Origin: Trichinella spiralis
Lineage: Eukaryota
Length of the DNA: 64,000 bases
Direction of reading: 5' to 3'
Assembly: GCF_000181795.1 (NCBI RefSeq)
Contig: NW_003526943.1
Location: 10,598,789 to 10,662,788 of the forward strand
This document shows positions 13,110-24,898 of the stretch, piece by piece. How positions within the stretch are numbered: position 1 is the stretch's first letter; the number at the start of each line of letters is the position of its first letter. The notes beneath the pieces were generated by a model. It was not told the DNA's origin, did not search any database, and was given only the letters and a program-made list of their open reading frames with translations. The translations under genes were made by a program, and so were the position numbers.

Positions 13110-13335
13110 ACGGTCAAAGGGTCAGCGTCCATGCTGTATAACTGTCACAACCTCGGGGATCAGTTACTGACAACTTGTCAAAAATGAAATGTTTCTGGCA
13201 GCGCGGCTGTTCCAACCAATCACCGGAGCCACACAGATTAAACGGTTGCACAATCAACCCATTTTAATTGGATTTTTCCTCGGAAATTTGAGCCATCAGA
13301 TGCGGAATGAGGTCAACCAACATGTATAAATAAGA
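13110..13335 (+). promoter_or_regulatory. Putative Pol II promoter (nuclear-receptor direct repeat, CCAAT, TATA) upstream of a small ORF
   Basis: CGGTCA-AA-GGGTCA at 13111-13124, CCAATCA near 13216, AGGTCA at 13310 and TATAAATAAG at 13325, within a stretch of raised GC. Confidence 0.4.
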
Positions 13336-13656
13336 GTGAGGAGGGAGGAGGGAACAGAAGCAAGAAAGTTAGCCTTGCAAACGTCTGGAACCGCTATTCA
13401 GCTATTGTATGATTCCCCGTTCTTGATAAAACAACATCCATTGTTTCGGATCATTATAAATAAAAAGATGCAGTCCACCTACAAAAGGGATCTTCAAGTC
13501 TGACTAAACATTTCTTAAGAATAATGATTTTTAGAATCGAATATGTAAATTGTACCTTTTTATCATATAAATACCGTATACAATGATTCCGCAGTGGAGT
13601 ATTTTTACTGCTTATATTACGAGTTTCAATTGTGTGATTTTTGCAAATTTTTAAAA

Positions 13657-13871
13657 ATGCATCCATCTGACGTTTCAAAACTAGCCGTAATTATTGTTGT
13701 AAGTGGAATGGTTGCATCGGCCATGTTTACTCTTTTGCCTACCGCTTATCCGGAGCATTTTGGTAAATAATAATTTTAATTTTGGCGAAAATAATAACTT
13801 GAAAAGTTATTTCAGGTTTCGTTAAAATGACCAAAGAAAATAACAATTCCGAAGTGAAACAAACAGATTGA
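13657..13871 (+). CDS. Candidate 53-aa single-pass membrane microprotein (exons 13657-13762, 13816-13871)
   Basis: AAAA-ATG start, a 53-nt G|GTAAAT...TTTCAG|G intron and AATAAA near 13968. Product MHPSDVSKLAVIIVVSGMVASAMFTLLPTAYPEHFGFVKMTKENNNSEVKQTD has a ~19-residue hydrophobic segment. Confidence 0.6.
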
Positions 13872-14078
13872 AACTTGTATATAGTTGCAGATGAACATCT
13901 GTTGAAAAATTAATATTACTTTGATTAGATTACAGATTTTCATTGATCCTTTTCATGTTCAGTAAAGAATAAAATTTTTATTCTTGGCCAACAATTGATT
14001 TATTGCACAAATGGGCAATTCTGATGGATGTTGTAATAAAGAATTATTACTGTAATTTTTTTTCTTTTGAATATAAAA

Positions 14079-16076
14079 TCACCTGAGCAATGCGTTGACG
14101 ACAACGTTCGCGTCGAGCTGTTTCAAATCTTTGTACGTCTGACCGGTGCCGACAAAAAGGATCGGCTTACCGGTGATGTAAGTCATAGAAACGGCGGCGC
14201 CGACTTTGTCGTCGATTGTGTCGAATTTGGTGAGCATAATTCCGTCGATGGGCGTGTCTTGTTGGTCGACGGCGGCGCAGTCGATCAGAGCTCGGCTGAA
14301 TTTCTGCAACTGGTCGACCGCCTCGTTGCCGACCAACGCCTCGCCGACGAACAGCACCAAGTCGGGCTCGTTGACTCGGATCAGCTTGCCCAAGGCGCGC
14401 ATCAGGGGCTCGTTGTCCTGCATCCGGCCGGCCGTGTCCACCAACACCACGTCCAAGTTGTTCGCCTCGGCGTAGCTTATGGCCGAAGCGGCGACCGCGG
14501 CCGCATCCTTACCGTAACCCTGTTCGTACAGTTGCACCAGACCCGGGTGGAGTTCGTCCAAGTAGCGGACGTGGGTGCGGAGCTGTTCGACTGCCCCGGC
14601 GCGGAACGTGTCGCAGGCGGCAATAAGCACCCGGAAGCCGTTCTCGTTGAGCCAAAATGCCACCTTGGCCAAGTTGGTCGACTTGCCGACGCCGTTGACA
14701 CCGCAAAAGACGATACTGTAGCACCGCGCAGATTCTCTGGCTTGGAAAATGTCGCGCAACAGGCAGCTGTTCCTCTCGGGCTTGAGCAACAGCTGCACCA
14801 AGCACTGCCTGAACGCATCCCTGACCACGCCGGCGATCAAGCTGAACTGACCGACCACACTGCCCCGCAAGCTGGTGCGAACCGACTGGCACAGCTTGTC
14901 GGCCACTTCTGCGGCCACATTTTTCCCAATCAACTGTTCCTTCATCTTTTCCAACGGTCCGAGCAACAAGTCGTCGGTCAGCGTCTTGTTGCCAACCAAA
15001 CTTTGAAAAGCCGCCAAAAGACCACCACCGCCCTTTTTCTTGTTGTTGGCCGCCGTGCTGTCGAACTGCTTTTGACCACTGGTCACCGATCTTTCGTCGT
15101 CCTCTTCCTCGTCCAAGTGGTCGTCGTCACTCAGACCACCCAGTTCACCACGCATCTGGCCCACGTAACGCCTCTGCTCTTCAATCGACGCTCGGTTCAA
15201 CAGTGGATCCACTGCCGCCGCCGCCCCTGCCGTCGGATCGCCGGCATTGGTCTGACTGCTACTGAAATCCAACTCGTTCATGTCGTAGAACTGGCAATTG
15301 CCGCCAATTTCATCCCAACGGCGATTTTCTTTGACCTTTTTGCGTTTCGAAGTCGAATCCGCCGCCAATTTGCCGCCAGAACTACTACTCGATTTCTTCT
15401 CTTTCGCTTGGGTTCGTTTCAAAAAATTCTCACGCATTTTTGCCAACTTCGACTCCACTACCACCGTCGAGCTGCTGTTCTCCACGGTCGCGTTCGCATC
15501 CAATTTTGTTGGAATACCACTCGCGGGCACTGGCACTGCCGAATTCACGTTTTTGCTGTTGCTAGCGGTGTTGTTCTGCTTCTTATTCTTCTTCTGGCTA
15601 GCATCAACAAGCAGCGTGGCGTTTCGCTTCGCTTTGTTCGATTGTTCGAACGTGCGCATCGTTTTTGCCGGTAATTTGTTGTCTTGAATTCGACAAAATT
15701 TGCGAGTCAAGTGGTTAAATGTCGTCAACACGTCGGCAAAATAATCACTGTCGCATCGTTGTAACAGGGCGCCACGGTCCCGCAGTACCAGATCGTACTG
15801 TTGGGCAAAGATGTCGGCGAATTCGGCCAAAAATTCATCTGCATAGCCGACCGGCGAAACACTCGGATAAGCCAGCAAATAGATGAGCTCAAATTTGTTG
15901 TCCAAGCACAAGTGGAACGCGAAATCGCCGTACTCGTGCACCGCCTTGTCCATTCTTTCGTGCAGCACGACCGTTTTCAAAATTGCGTTGATGCCGGCGC
16001 TGAGCTGCTCCGACGGCGGTTCGACGTTCCACAGCACGACGCCTCCTTTGGTGAAAATGCACAAATGTTCAATCAT
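14079..16076 (-). CDS. SRPRA: Signal recognition particle receptor alpha subunit (665 aa, single coding exon)
   Basis: N-terminal longin/SRX domain (IFTKGGVVLW, LDNKFELIY), a charged linker, then the SRP GTPase NG domain: FCGVNGVGKSTNLAK, AACDTFRAGAVEQL, VDTAGRMQDNEPLM, LTKFDTIDDKVG, VGTGQTYKDL. Confidence 0.98.
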   Translation of the reverse strand: MIEHLCIFTKGGVVLWNVEPPSEQLSAGINAILKTVVLHERMDKAVHEYGDFAFHLCLDNKFELIYLLAYPSVSPVGYADEFLAEFADIFAQQYDLVLRDRGALLQRCDSDYFADVLTTFNHLTRKFCRIQDNKLPAKTMRTFEQSNKAKRNATLLVDASQKKNKKQNNTASNSKNVNSAVPVPASGIPTKLDANATVENSSSTVVVESKLAKMRENFLKRTQAKEKKSSSSSGGKLAADSTSKRKKVKENRRWDEIGGNCQFYDMNELDFSSSQTNAGDPTAGAAAAVDPLLNRASIEEQRRYVGQMRGELGGLSDDDHLDEEEDDERSVTSGQKQFDSTAANNKKKGGGGLLAAFQSLVGNKTLTDDLLLGPLEKMKEQLIGKNVAAEVADKLCQSVRTSLRGSVVGQFSLIAGVVRDAFRQCLVQLLLKPERNSCLLRDIFQARESARCYSIVFCGVNGVGKSTNLAKVAFWLNENGFRVLIAACDTFRAGAVEQLRTHVRYLDELHPGLVQLYEQGYGKDAAAVAASAISYAEANNLDVVLVDTAGRMQDNEPLMRALGKLIRVNEPDLVLFVGEALVGNEAVDQLQKFSRALIDCAAVDQQDTPIDGIMLTKFDTIDDKVGAAVSMTYITGKPILFVGTGQTYKDLKQLDANVVVNALLR

Positions 16077-16500
16077 TTGTCAAACCGATCCGACAGACGA
16101 CAAAGAGGAAAAAAACAAAAAATGCTCTACAGTACGATTACGTCGATGTTCTAAAAATCAAGAATTAACAACTGGTTACTGTAGTATTGTACGATGTTCA
16201 GTCGATGAGATAAAGAGGGAAAAAGTTTTGGTCGATAATTCAAAAAAACAATTTATTCATATATTTTTTTTCAAAATTATGTTTGACATTGAAAACTTGA
16301 TTTTTATTTTGTTGTTTTTGTACTGTACATTTTTTCAAACTGAACGAGCAGTTGTTCATTTGTAGGCGGATTCTTGAATAGACTGATTTTATAAATGCCA
16401 CGGTTGAACAGTAAGTTGACAGTGATCAGTTTCAGTTTCTTTTGTTTTCAAGGAATTTGTAAAAGTTGAATCGTTTGCAGATTAATAAAGCTGTTTGAAG

Positions 16501-17199
16501 ATGATGATGACGTTATTTCAACGACTGTTCCTCCCCAAGAGACAGTTCAGGTGAGAAATTTGTTTCAATCGGAATATAATTCAACTTTTCTGAATACATT
16601 TTGTTCGATTTTGTCTTTTTTCATTGAACAAACGTGATTTCAAATTTGTAATTTCCATTTCTGGAAGAGTTGCATAATTTACCGTTTGACAATGAAAATA
16701 GTAATTGAGCGAATGTTGTACGAGAACATTTTTCGTTTGAAAACCACCATACATTCATTTGGTTCGGATGAAGTTTCCAATGTAGGAGGTGGATTTTTTC
16801 AGCACAACCTCACTGCTAAATTGGATCCATCTGAAAACAAGATTTCGCGTGGTCGACAACAGCGACTTGGGCAAGCAGGCGATGCTCGGCGGCAAGCCAC
16901 CCTATTGCATTAGAGTATACCGGCAGGGTCGGTTGGGCAAGAAGGCCAATCGCGGTCAGCTTGGTGACAAAATTTTGGTCGCCATCAAAGGAGAACTCCG
17001 CCGCGCTTACATAGTCGGTTGGAAGGCCCACCATTCGCAAATTAGACACGGCGTTCCTCGTTCCGACTCGAACAATATCGTTTTGTTGGATGCGAATGAA
17101 AATCCATTGGGCAACAAAGTTCTGGTTCCTGTACCAGCGTGGCTTCAATCAAAGCCTGATTTAGCGAAAATTGTCCAGTCTGCATCGAAAGTTGTCTGA
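16501..17199 (+). CDS. MRPL14: Mitochondrial ribosomal protein uL14m (exons 16501-16550, 16803-17199)
   Basis: Targeting-peptide-like MMMTLFQRLFLPKRQFS spliced to IHLKTRFRVVDNS..PPYCIRVY..GDKILVAIKG..AYIVG..PRSDSNNIVLLDANENPLGNKVLVPVP. Confidence 0.93.
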
Positions 17200-20035
17200 A
17201 AATTACTCATTTTTTGATTCTCAAGTTACTTTGAATAAAACAAAAATTGTAATGCTTTGGTGTGTCTATATTATTTCGATAGCGGTGAGTTTTGTAGTGA
17301 ACAAGTTGATCAGAAACTTTTCAACAATGGAAATATTACATTTCAAATTGTTTCACCAATTTAGAATTGCAACAACTTTTGTAGGGAAAATTACCTTCAT
17401 TCACTAATTTATCAAATACTACTGTAGCAACAATTAAAATGTACAAATTTATCAGTTAGTATATTTTTCAATGAAGTATTTTTGGTTGAAATAGAAAAGT
17501 TGAAAAAATAGGAATATTTTTAGAAATTTTTTTTTATTTTACAGTGAGTGATTTTTATTCTTTTATTATTTTTTTGGGAAATATACTGTATTTTTCAATT
17601 ATTTTACGGGTTTTTTGTTTTATTGATTTTAATCTAGATTTTAAGTATCAGTATAATGTTGAAAATATTAAGCTTATAGAATAGAGGAGATTTGTTTTTA
17701 CAGCTGCTCTGATTTTGCAAATTGTCTACTTATCCGAAAACCAAACGCAGTATAATAACATTTGCCTTTTTTTGAATCTATATTAACAGTTGGCCTGTCA
17801 TATGAAGCATCACAGCTTGGTTGGGTTTTTCATAAAATTGTGCTATAGCAGTTGTGTTGGAAATATCCGTGCAGCTGCCGTTGATTTTGCTTTCTTTTTT
17901 TCCCCCACTCATCCCACTGAGAAATAGCATGGGTTATTTATTGCAAGTTTGAAACCCTACCCGTAAGGTCGTTTGGCTGTTTTTTTCGCAAACCAATATT
18001 TATTATCCATTTTTTCAGCAATTAAATTTTAATAATTATTTTCAGAAGAAAACTATTTACAGACATCCTTCACGTTTTATTGAAAATTTCAATTTTTTTT
18101 AAATTTGGTATGTTTTTTTTGCTTTTTTTGGATTTTGATAATAATTCAAAATGTAGAATAGGAACTTTTACATGTTGTTGACATGTTTGCACAAAGTTCA
18201 TTGTATTCTTCTAGGAATGTGTAACAGCTTTAATAAGTAAATTTTGTGATTCAAGTTTTCGTGGCAAGTTTGACTGGATGAAATTGTCCCAAAATTGGAA
18301 AATACTTTTCAAATAGCATTTTATTCTTAACTTCTTTCAAGAGGATGCAATTTTTATTTGGTAGAATTTATAATAATTATATTGCCATTCAACTTTGGCA
18401 CATTAATTTTTTGATTTTCAAATAAAACTTGCCACTTGAAAATGTCGATAATTAAATTAAATCTGAACAATTTGTTGTTACGTTTCATTTGGACAATTTT
18501 ACTTTGTAATTGTTTAATTTTTGAATATTTTCAAAGAAAGTAAATATAGTTTCAAGAAAAAACAAGTATAACTAACGTTGAATGAGAAATTTTCAGCAAA
18601 ATTTAAATTTCACACAAAATATGCTTATTCAAATTAACATTTGGTCGACGTGGGCTTTTGTTGTTTGTTCTCCAATGTTGCGTGAAAATTGTTCAGAACT
18701 GGTTCTCGAGTATGCTTCTGTGAATCACTCCTACTCACTCACTGACTCATTCACACGTTCAGTCGGCTGGTTGCTAGCTGATTTTTTTAATTTTAAACTG
18801 CGTTGCTTTGAAGCATGTCTGATTGTTTTAAACAATTATTATTATTCAAATTGTTTCACTCATTTATGAATAGCATCACAATGTTGAACACTTTGAAATT
18901 TCATATCTGGTAAGAAAGATCACGTTTGCATTTCACGTACTTTGTCATTACTGTAAATAATTTTTTTTATTTTTGAATTTTTGATATCTGTTACGCGCAT
19001 GTATCAAACAAAGCAAAAATATTATGCCAAATTTGCTACACGTAAAGAGAGAGCAATGACTAAGCATCGTTTGTGCAACTTGTTACATTCCCACTGCATG
19101 GTAATCTACGATTGTTTTGCATATTTCAATTTTATCACGTTCTGTATAAAATTTATTTTGTTGTCATTTTTGTTGCATTGTTGGTTTGGAATTTTTTACT
19201 AAAAAGTTACATTTGCATGAAATGGCAAATTCATTTGGAAAAGGTTATCAATTACAAGTTTTATCTGGAACATTTTTTTTCATTAATAGCAGTTACTTTT
19301 TTGTCATTTTTATTTCACTTTATTTTGAAAATGTAAACGTATATAGAAAAAAGTTTCTCTTAAATTTTGTTTCTTTTTTCTGCAAAAATTCTTTTCTCAC
19401 CATTATTTTAACACAACTTCATTTTCAAAAGCTTTTCGAATACATCTGCATCGATACGAGTATGGTTGCAATGTAGTCCCTGATGGCAGATTTATGATAA
19501 TTATACAAATTTTCATGCATCCTTATTTTTATTGAATGTGTTTGATCGAAACTTTTTTTCTTTGCAACTTTTCAATCTGTTTCTTCAGCAGATCAACTAA
19601 TAAGATAATTCTCCTCATATGTTTGTATTTTTTCAAAATTAATCATCAAAAAATAGTTTTTTTGTAAACTGTTTAAGTAATAACTTCGATAAAAATGTTG
19701 TCATTTGCGTTATTTATTGAAAATTCAGAGAAAAATGTTATCAATTTGGTAAAAGCAGAAGAAATCAAATGTGTATGCGTGAATTTGCATGTTGTTTGGG
19801 AAACTTTCTTGTTTTGAGAAACTTATTAAACATTGATTTGATTGATCGTTTATTTATTTCTTTTTTTTAAGGTAATTCAACTTCAGTTTTTACGTCCGCA
19901 GTCGATCGCTCCTGCCTTTTGATACTGTAATATTTGTACTGACGCTCAGGCTTATTGTGCGTTGCAGCGGCAGGTTCACTGACCTGTTCTGACGAAAACT
20001 GTTCAAATTCATTACAATGGATTTTTGAATTCAAA

Positions 20036-23000
20036 ATGGACCTACACCAAAAATATTTGCTCGCCGTAGCCTGCTTGGGAACAATATTTCTTATTGTTGG
20101 CATCAGTGTGGTCATTGTCACACCAAGCTATGTTCACAATGCAGTTTTGGATGTAAGATGTTAAAAATGAAAAACAGGATATTCAAATTGCTTTTCATTG
20201 TTTTTCTCTTACACACGTACACGTACAGGCAGTGCTGTTGGAAAACGGAAGCGATACGGCAAAGCTTTGGGAAAATCCGCCTTATGATATGAGCCTGCAA
20301 TTTTGGTTTTTCAACCTCACCAATGCTGACGAAGTGGCCTTGGCTTATGCAAAGCCGATGCTTTCCGAGGTCGGCCCGTACGGCTTTGAGTTAGTATTCT
20401 TAAAAGATCTATATTTTTATATATGCCTGAAGAATTTCAATTTATTTTAATTTCAGTGAACATCAGAAAAAAATGGCTGTTGAATATCATGATAATGGTA
20501 CGATCAGTTATAAGAATTTCAAATGGTTCACTTTTAATTCAACAAAATCGTGCTCATCTTGCAATCCGAATGATTTGATCACCGTACCAAATGTTCCATT
20601 TTGGGTAAGTTTGTCTTTCTTTGATTAGCATTTTATTTTTTTGCTCATAGTGGACTTGTTGCACATTATTGTATTTTATATGTACAGATTTGATGGAATA
20701 ATTTTCTTACTATTCATATTTTTAATGTCTAATAACAGAAAGCCTTAGGATAGATGTTCGTTTTGTATAAATTTTACAAATTGACCCTGAAGCGTGTGAT
20801 TCACAGTTACTTCTTTTTCTGATGACCTCTAAGGAAGTAAAAATGTCAACTTTTTTCAAAGAATGCGTTTAATTATGCTATGCGATTGTAATTTATTTTT
20901 ATTTCAATTATGAAAATTCATTCGTCTTTTCTTATAACATACCAAGTGTCATTATTGAATGCAATTCCCTACATGGAATGGCTAATTTTAAAATTGAAAA
21001 ACTGAAAACCAGACATTATTTGTACTCATTTTATACAAACAATATTTAAAAAAAATATATCCATTAAAAATGTATATATTGCGTTAAATTTCACTTTTTT
21101 CTGTGTATATGTTTTTTTCATTATCGTACAAATTATTTTACTTTTTTCTGAAAGGTTTTATCATGATATGATGATAAGTCGAATTGTCATTTAGGTAAAG
21201 TGTACTTTTTTTTGTTAGGTTTATCAAAGTGTATTGTAATTATTGCGACATATTAGACAATGGAACATGTTTTGTTTAATAATTTTTTCAAATTAACATT
21301 TAATCAAATTACCCTTTCATGTAGTATATAGTATTTGACTTGTATATTTTTTATTAAACTTTTTGATTCAATTTGTATATAATCAGTTTCTTCAAAATCG
21401 TAACCTGCATTTTATTTTACCATTACAATGAAGTTTGGATTGGTTTTGTGGCCATGAAGCGAACAGTGGCATTGAACTGATTTTTCAATTATTTCAAATT
21501 TCCTATCTCAAAATAGCGGTTTCAAATTGAAAATCTGGAAGCTTGTTTTTTTTTGTTAAAAAAATACATTTTCGATATCAGATAGCAGAGTTGCATGAAT
21601 TGCAGAATTCGAATTGTTATATAATAGATTAATAGGTCATATTGATGATAATAGAAATTATTATTATTTTTATTTTTAGACTCTGCTTCACAAATTACGT
21701 CAGAGTGGAACTCCAGTTGGAGTGAAAAAGTTCATTTCTTTCGGCTTGATTGGCTTAGGCGAAGGGGCATTTATAACACGTTCAGTGGATGCTTTGCTTT
21801 TTACCGGCTATTTGGATATACTGTTCTCAATGGCCAAGGCGATGCACTGGCTTGCACCGGATTTCGACTTTCCCGACCGCATGGGTTTCATGTATGGAAA
21901 AAATTACAGCTACGACGGTCCATATTTGATCAATTCAGGTGTGATGAATTTGACTCAAAAAGGAACAATGGAACTGTTCCAAGGGTCCACTTTTGTAAAC
22001 TATTGGAATAGTGAATGGGCGAACATGATCAATGGTTCCGGTAATCCATGCAAGCATGCATTCCATTTGTATTTGTATATTTTTATGATTCTGTTCCAGA
22101 TGGTTCAGTATATCCTCCATTTATGGATCGATCGCAGATTTTAAAATTGTTTTCACCTGATCTTTGCCGGTAATAGAAATAAATGTAAATAAAGAATGTT
22201 GCTTTATTTATTGATTTTAATTTTAAATTTTAGTTCATTGTATGTTCGATACGATTCAGATGGTATGGTGGATAAATTAGCCACATTACAATTTGCTATA
22301 CCTGAAGATGCGCTTGATGATACAACATCTGAAAATGCGGGCTTCTGCTGGCCCACTGATATTTATTATCCAAAAATACAAATTCCTGACAGTAAAAGTG
22401 GTCTGGCGTGTTTGCCTCCTGGTCTGCTCAACATATCCAAGTGCCAGAAGGGTAAGTTGTGAAAATGATTATTTTATTGCTGAAAATTACTATTGCTTCT
22501 TCAGATGCACCGATAGTTTTGTCCTTTCCGCATTTTTTGTTCACTCCAGAAGAAGTTCAACAATCCGTTTACGGAATGCATCCAGATCCTGCACAACACA
22601 AAACTATACTTGAATTTGAGCCGGTATTTAATTATTATCGTTTTTTTTCAATCAAATTCCCATATTGTTGTTGATATCGATTCAATTGTTGAAATATCAC
22701 AATTTCACAATTGTTTCAGTATAGTATAATGGAATATTGCAAAAGATATTAATTGAGAATTTAGATAACTGGTATTGGAATATCATTTCGTCGTAAATTG
22801 CAGATCAATGTAGCCGCTGTGCGTGATAACGATTTCACGTAAATTATTAATATAAAATGAAAAGCAAACGAAATTTCTATTTGTGCTTTCAATAATTTAG
22901 ATCGTTGAAAAAATTCAAATCTGCAATAATTCCCGTTTTTTGGCTCAACGAAAGTGCGTATTTGAATGCTGAAACTCGTGAAGCGTTGTGGCATCGATTA

Positions 23001-23211
23001 TTTTTACCGCAGAAGCTTGCTTACGGCTCTGCTTACGCTTTAATTTCACTTGGCACGCTCATCATTGTTCTTACTGTTTCACTTTTTGCCGTCAACACGT
23101 ATATGTATGTTATTTAATTTTCTTTTTTTTTCCAGCTGAATATTATTATATTACTTTTATCGTTGTTGTTATAGGAGAAGAGAATTGAGAATGGAATCTG
23201 ATTCTGTGTGA
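20036..23211 (+). CDS. CD36 / scavenger receptor class B (SCARB1/LIMP-2-like) protein, multi-exon
   Basis: N-terminal TM (YLLAVACLGTIFLIVGISVVIV), WENPP..FWFFNLTNADEV..KPMLSEVGPY, ITVPNVP, LLFTGY, NMINGSDG..YPP, FSPDLCRS, GLLNISKC..APIVLSFPHF, LEFEPITG..RKLQIN, IIPVFWLNE and a C-terminal TM. The last exon 23175-23211 is inferred. A probable 5'UTR intron spans ~18910-19870. Confidence 0.94.
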
Positions 23212-24504
23212 AAATTTTTGGTGAAATATGTGAAACGCAGTTCCTGCCGGTTAGTGTAAATCGACGAGCTACATACAATCGCGCGTGAAAGCTATATATA
23301 ATATTTCCTCTTTCGGGTCAATTTTTTGGGATACTATTATTATTTTTATTACTATTATTTTTACATTTCAATTAATATTCGTTTTTCGTTCATTTTACAT
23401 CTGTTGAAACTGTATGCGCATGAAAAGTTACAGTTGATGTATTGCCCAGAAATTGATCTCTTTTTTTTATAGAGAGGCTTTTAATTTTCCACTTGAATCC
23501 AGAATTCTTGAGTATTTTTTATCTCTGTATTTTATTGTCATCCATGCTGTTATTATCTTTTTTTTGTATTTTCATTTTTATATTTTCCCCTTATTGATGT
23601 GAACAAACGGGTAGCATTATTTGAATCTTTTCATTTTGCGCCTCTGTGCATCATCTATACTTCTTTATGTTTTACTCTTTTTGAGCAGAGTGGAACGGAT
23701 TTCAAGAAGCAGTTTATTCATCTTTTTAAAGTTAGAAAGTTAATTATTTTGAATGTGAGAATTTTTGTCAAAGAAAACTTTTTAATCGTCAAAAATTATC
23801 CTCTGTGCAAATATATCGATATTATATATGTATTAATTGATTGATGGCCTACAGGCATTCATATAGTACAGTGCAGTGCACTGTCAAAGAATTCTTCTCG
23901 ATCAGGAGAATTTTATTTTTATAAAAAGATTTTTCCCAAGTAAAAAAGCATTACAAGCAAAACAGACGAAGGGTATGTTTTTTTTTCAAAAAGTGATAAA
24001 ATTTTAAAAATATCAGTTGATTTGATTTGAAAAACTGTCTTCTGAAAAGAGAATTATTTTGCATGAAATAAATTTATATTATTTTTAAATTCACATTATC
24101 ATCAATTTATCTGATTTAATAGTTTTATTTTTTTCGGAAACTTTTTGAGTTTTCTCATTTCCAGAAATGAACAAGTAAGTTTCTTATTTTATTTTTACTT
24201 TTTACTGTATTTGTCTTCTTGCAGAGCTCGAAAAATTAAAATTTATTTAATTTAACGGCAAATGATAATACTCATTGAATTTAAAAGTTTTACATTAAAA
24301 AAATAACATTACCATCATGAATGTCAAGAATTTTTTATTGTATAAAAATATTTAGTACAATTTTGTGGAATTCTTGTAGATATTTTTCAAATGTTTTATC
24401 TAATGACCACATTATTATTATTGTTATTATTATTATGAAAATAATTTAAGTGAAATGTCTAATTTTTGAACTTCAGAGTCTGGCACAGACAAATGATTGA
24501 TCGA

Positions 24505-24898
24505 TCATGCACAGACGATGAAATTGTTGTATTTGGCATGGCTGAGGTCGCCTTGGCAAACTTTTTCCTCTACTGAGCAGATAATTCCCTAAATATGAGA
24601 ATATTTTTTTAAAAAAATGAATAATTTTCCAAGCGTGCAATATTTTTCTTACCTCACATTCTTTTATTTCTACAGTAAAAGTTACATCATAGACGGCATG
24701 TCTTCCCTTTATTCGAACCTTGGCATCATCCAAGCTGACCAGAAGTGCATTAACAGCTCCACTATTCATGGTCTTTACATATTGTTGCACTAGCATTTCC
24801 ACGTCATCATCTTCATGTATATTAAATACTGATTGATCTGCATACAGTGCAGAAGAGCAAAGTGAAACGGCAACGAAAATTTTTAAAATGCAATTCAT
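24505..24898 (-). CDS. Small secreted cysteine-containing protein with probable degenerate cystatin fold (109 aa; exons 24898-24653, 24588-24505)
   Basis: Signal peptide MNCILKIFVAVSLCSSALYA, then a helix-like segment DDVEMLVQQYVKTMN, strand-like LLVSLDDAKVRIKGRHAVYDVTFTVEIKEC, and exon 2 GIICSVEEKVCQGDLSHAKYNNFIVCA. Canonical GAG|GTAAG and TTTAG|G splice sites. Confidence 0.75.

Noticed and set aside
14067..15674. 535-aa plus-strand ORF antisense to SRPRA, plus other overlapping ORFs
   Set aside because: Shadow ORF explained by the GC-rich codon usage of the real minus-strand gene; no recognisable domain.
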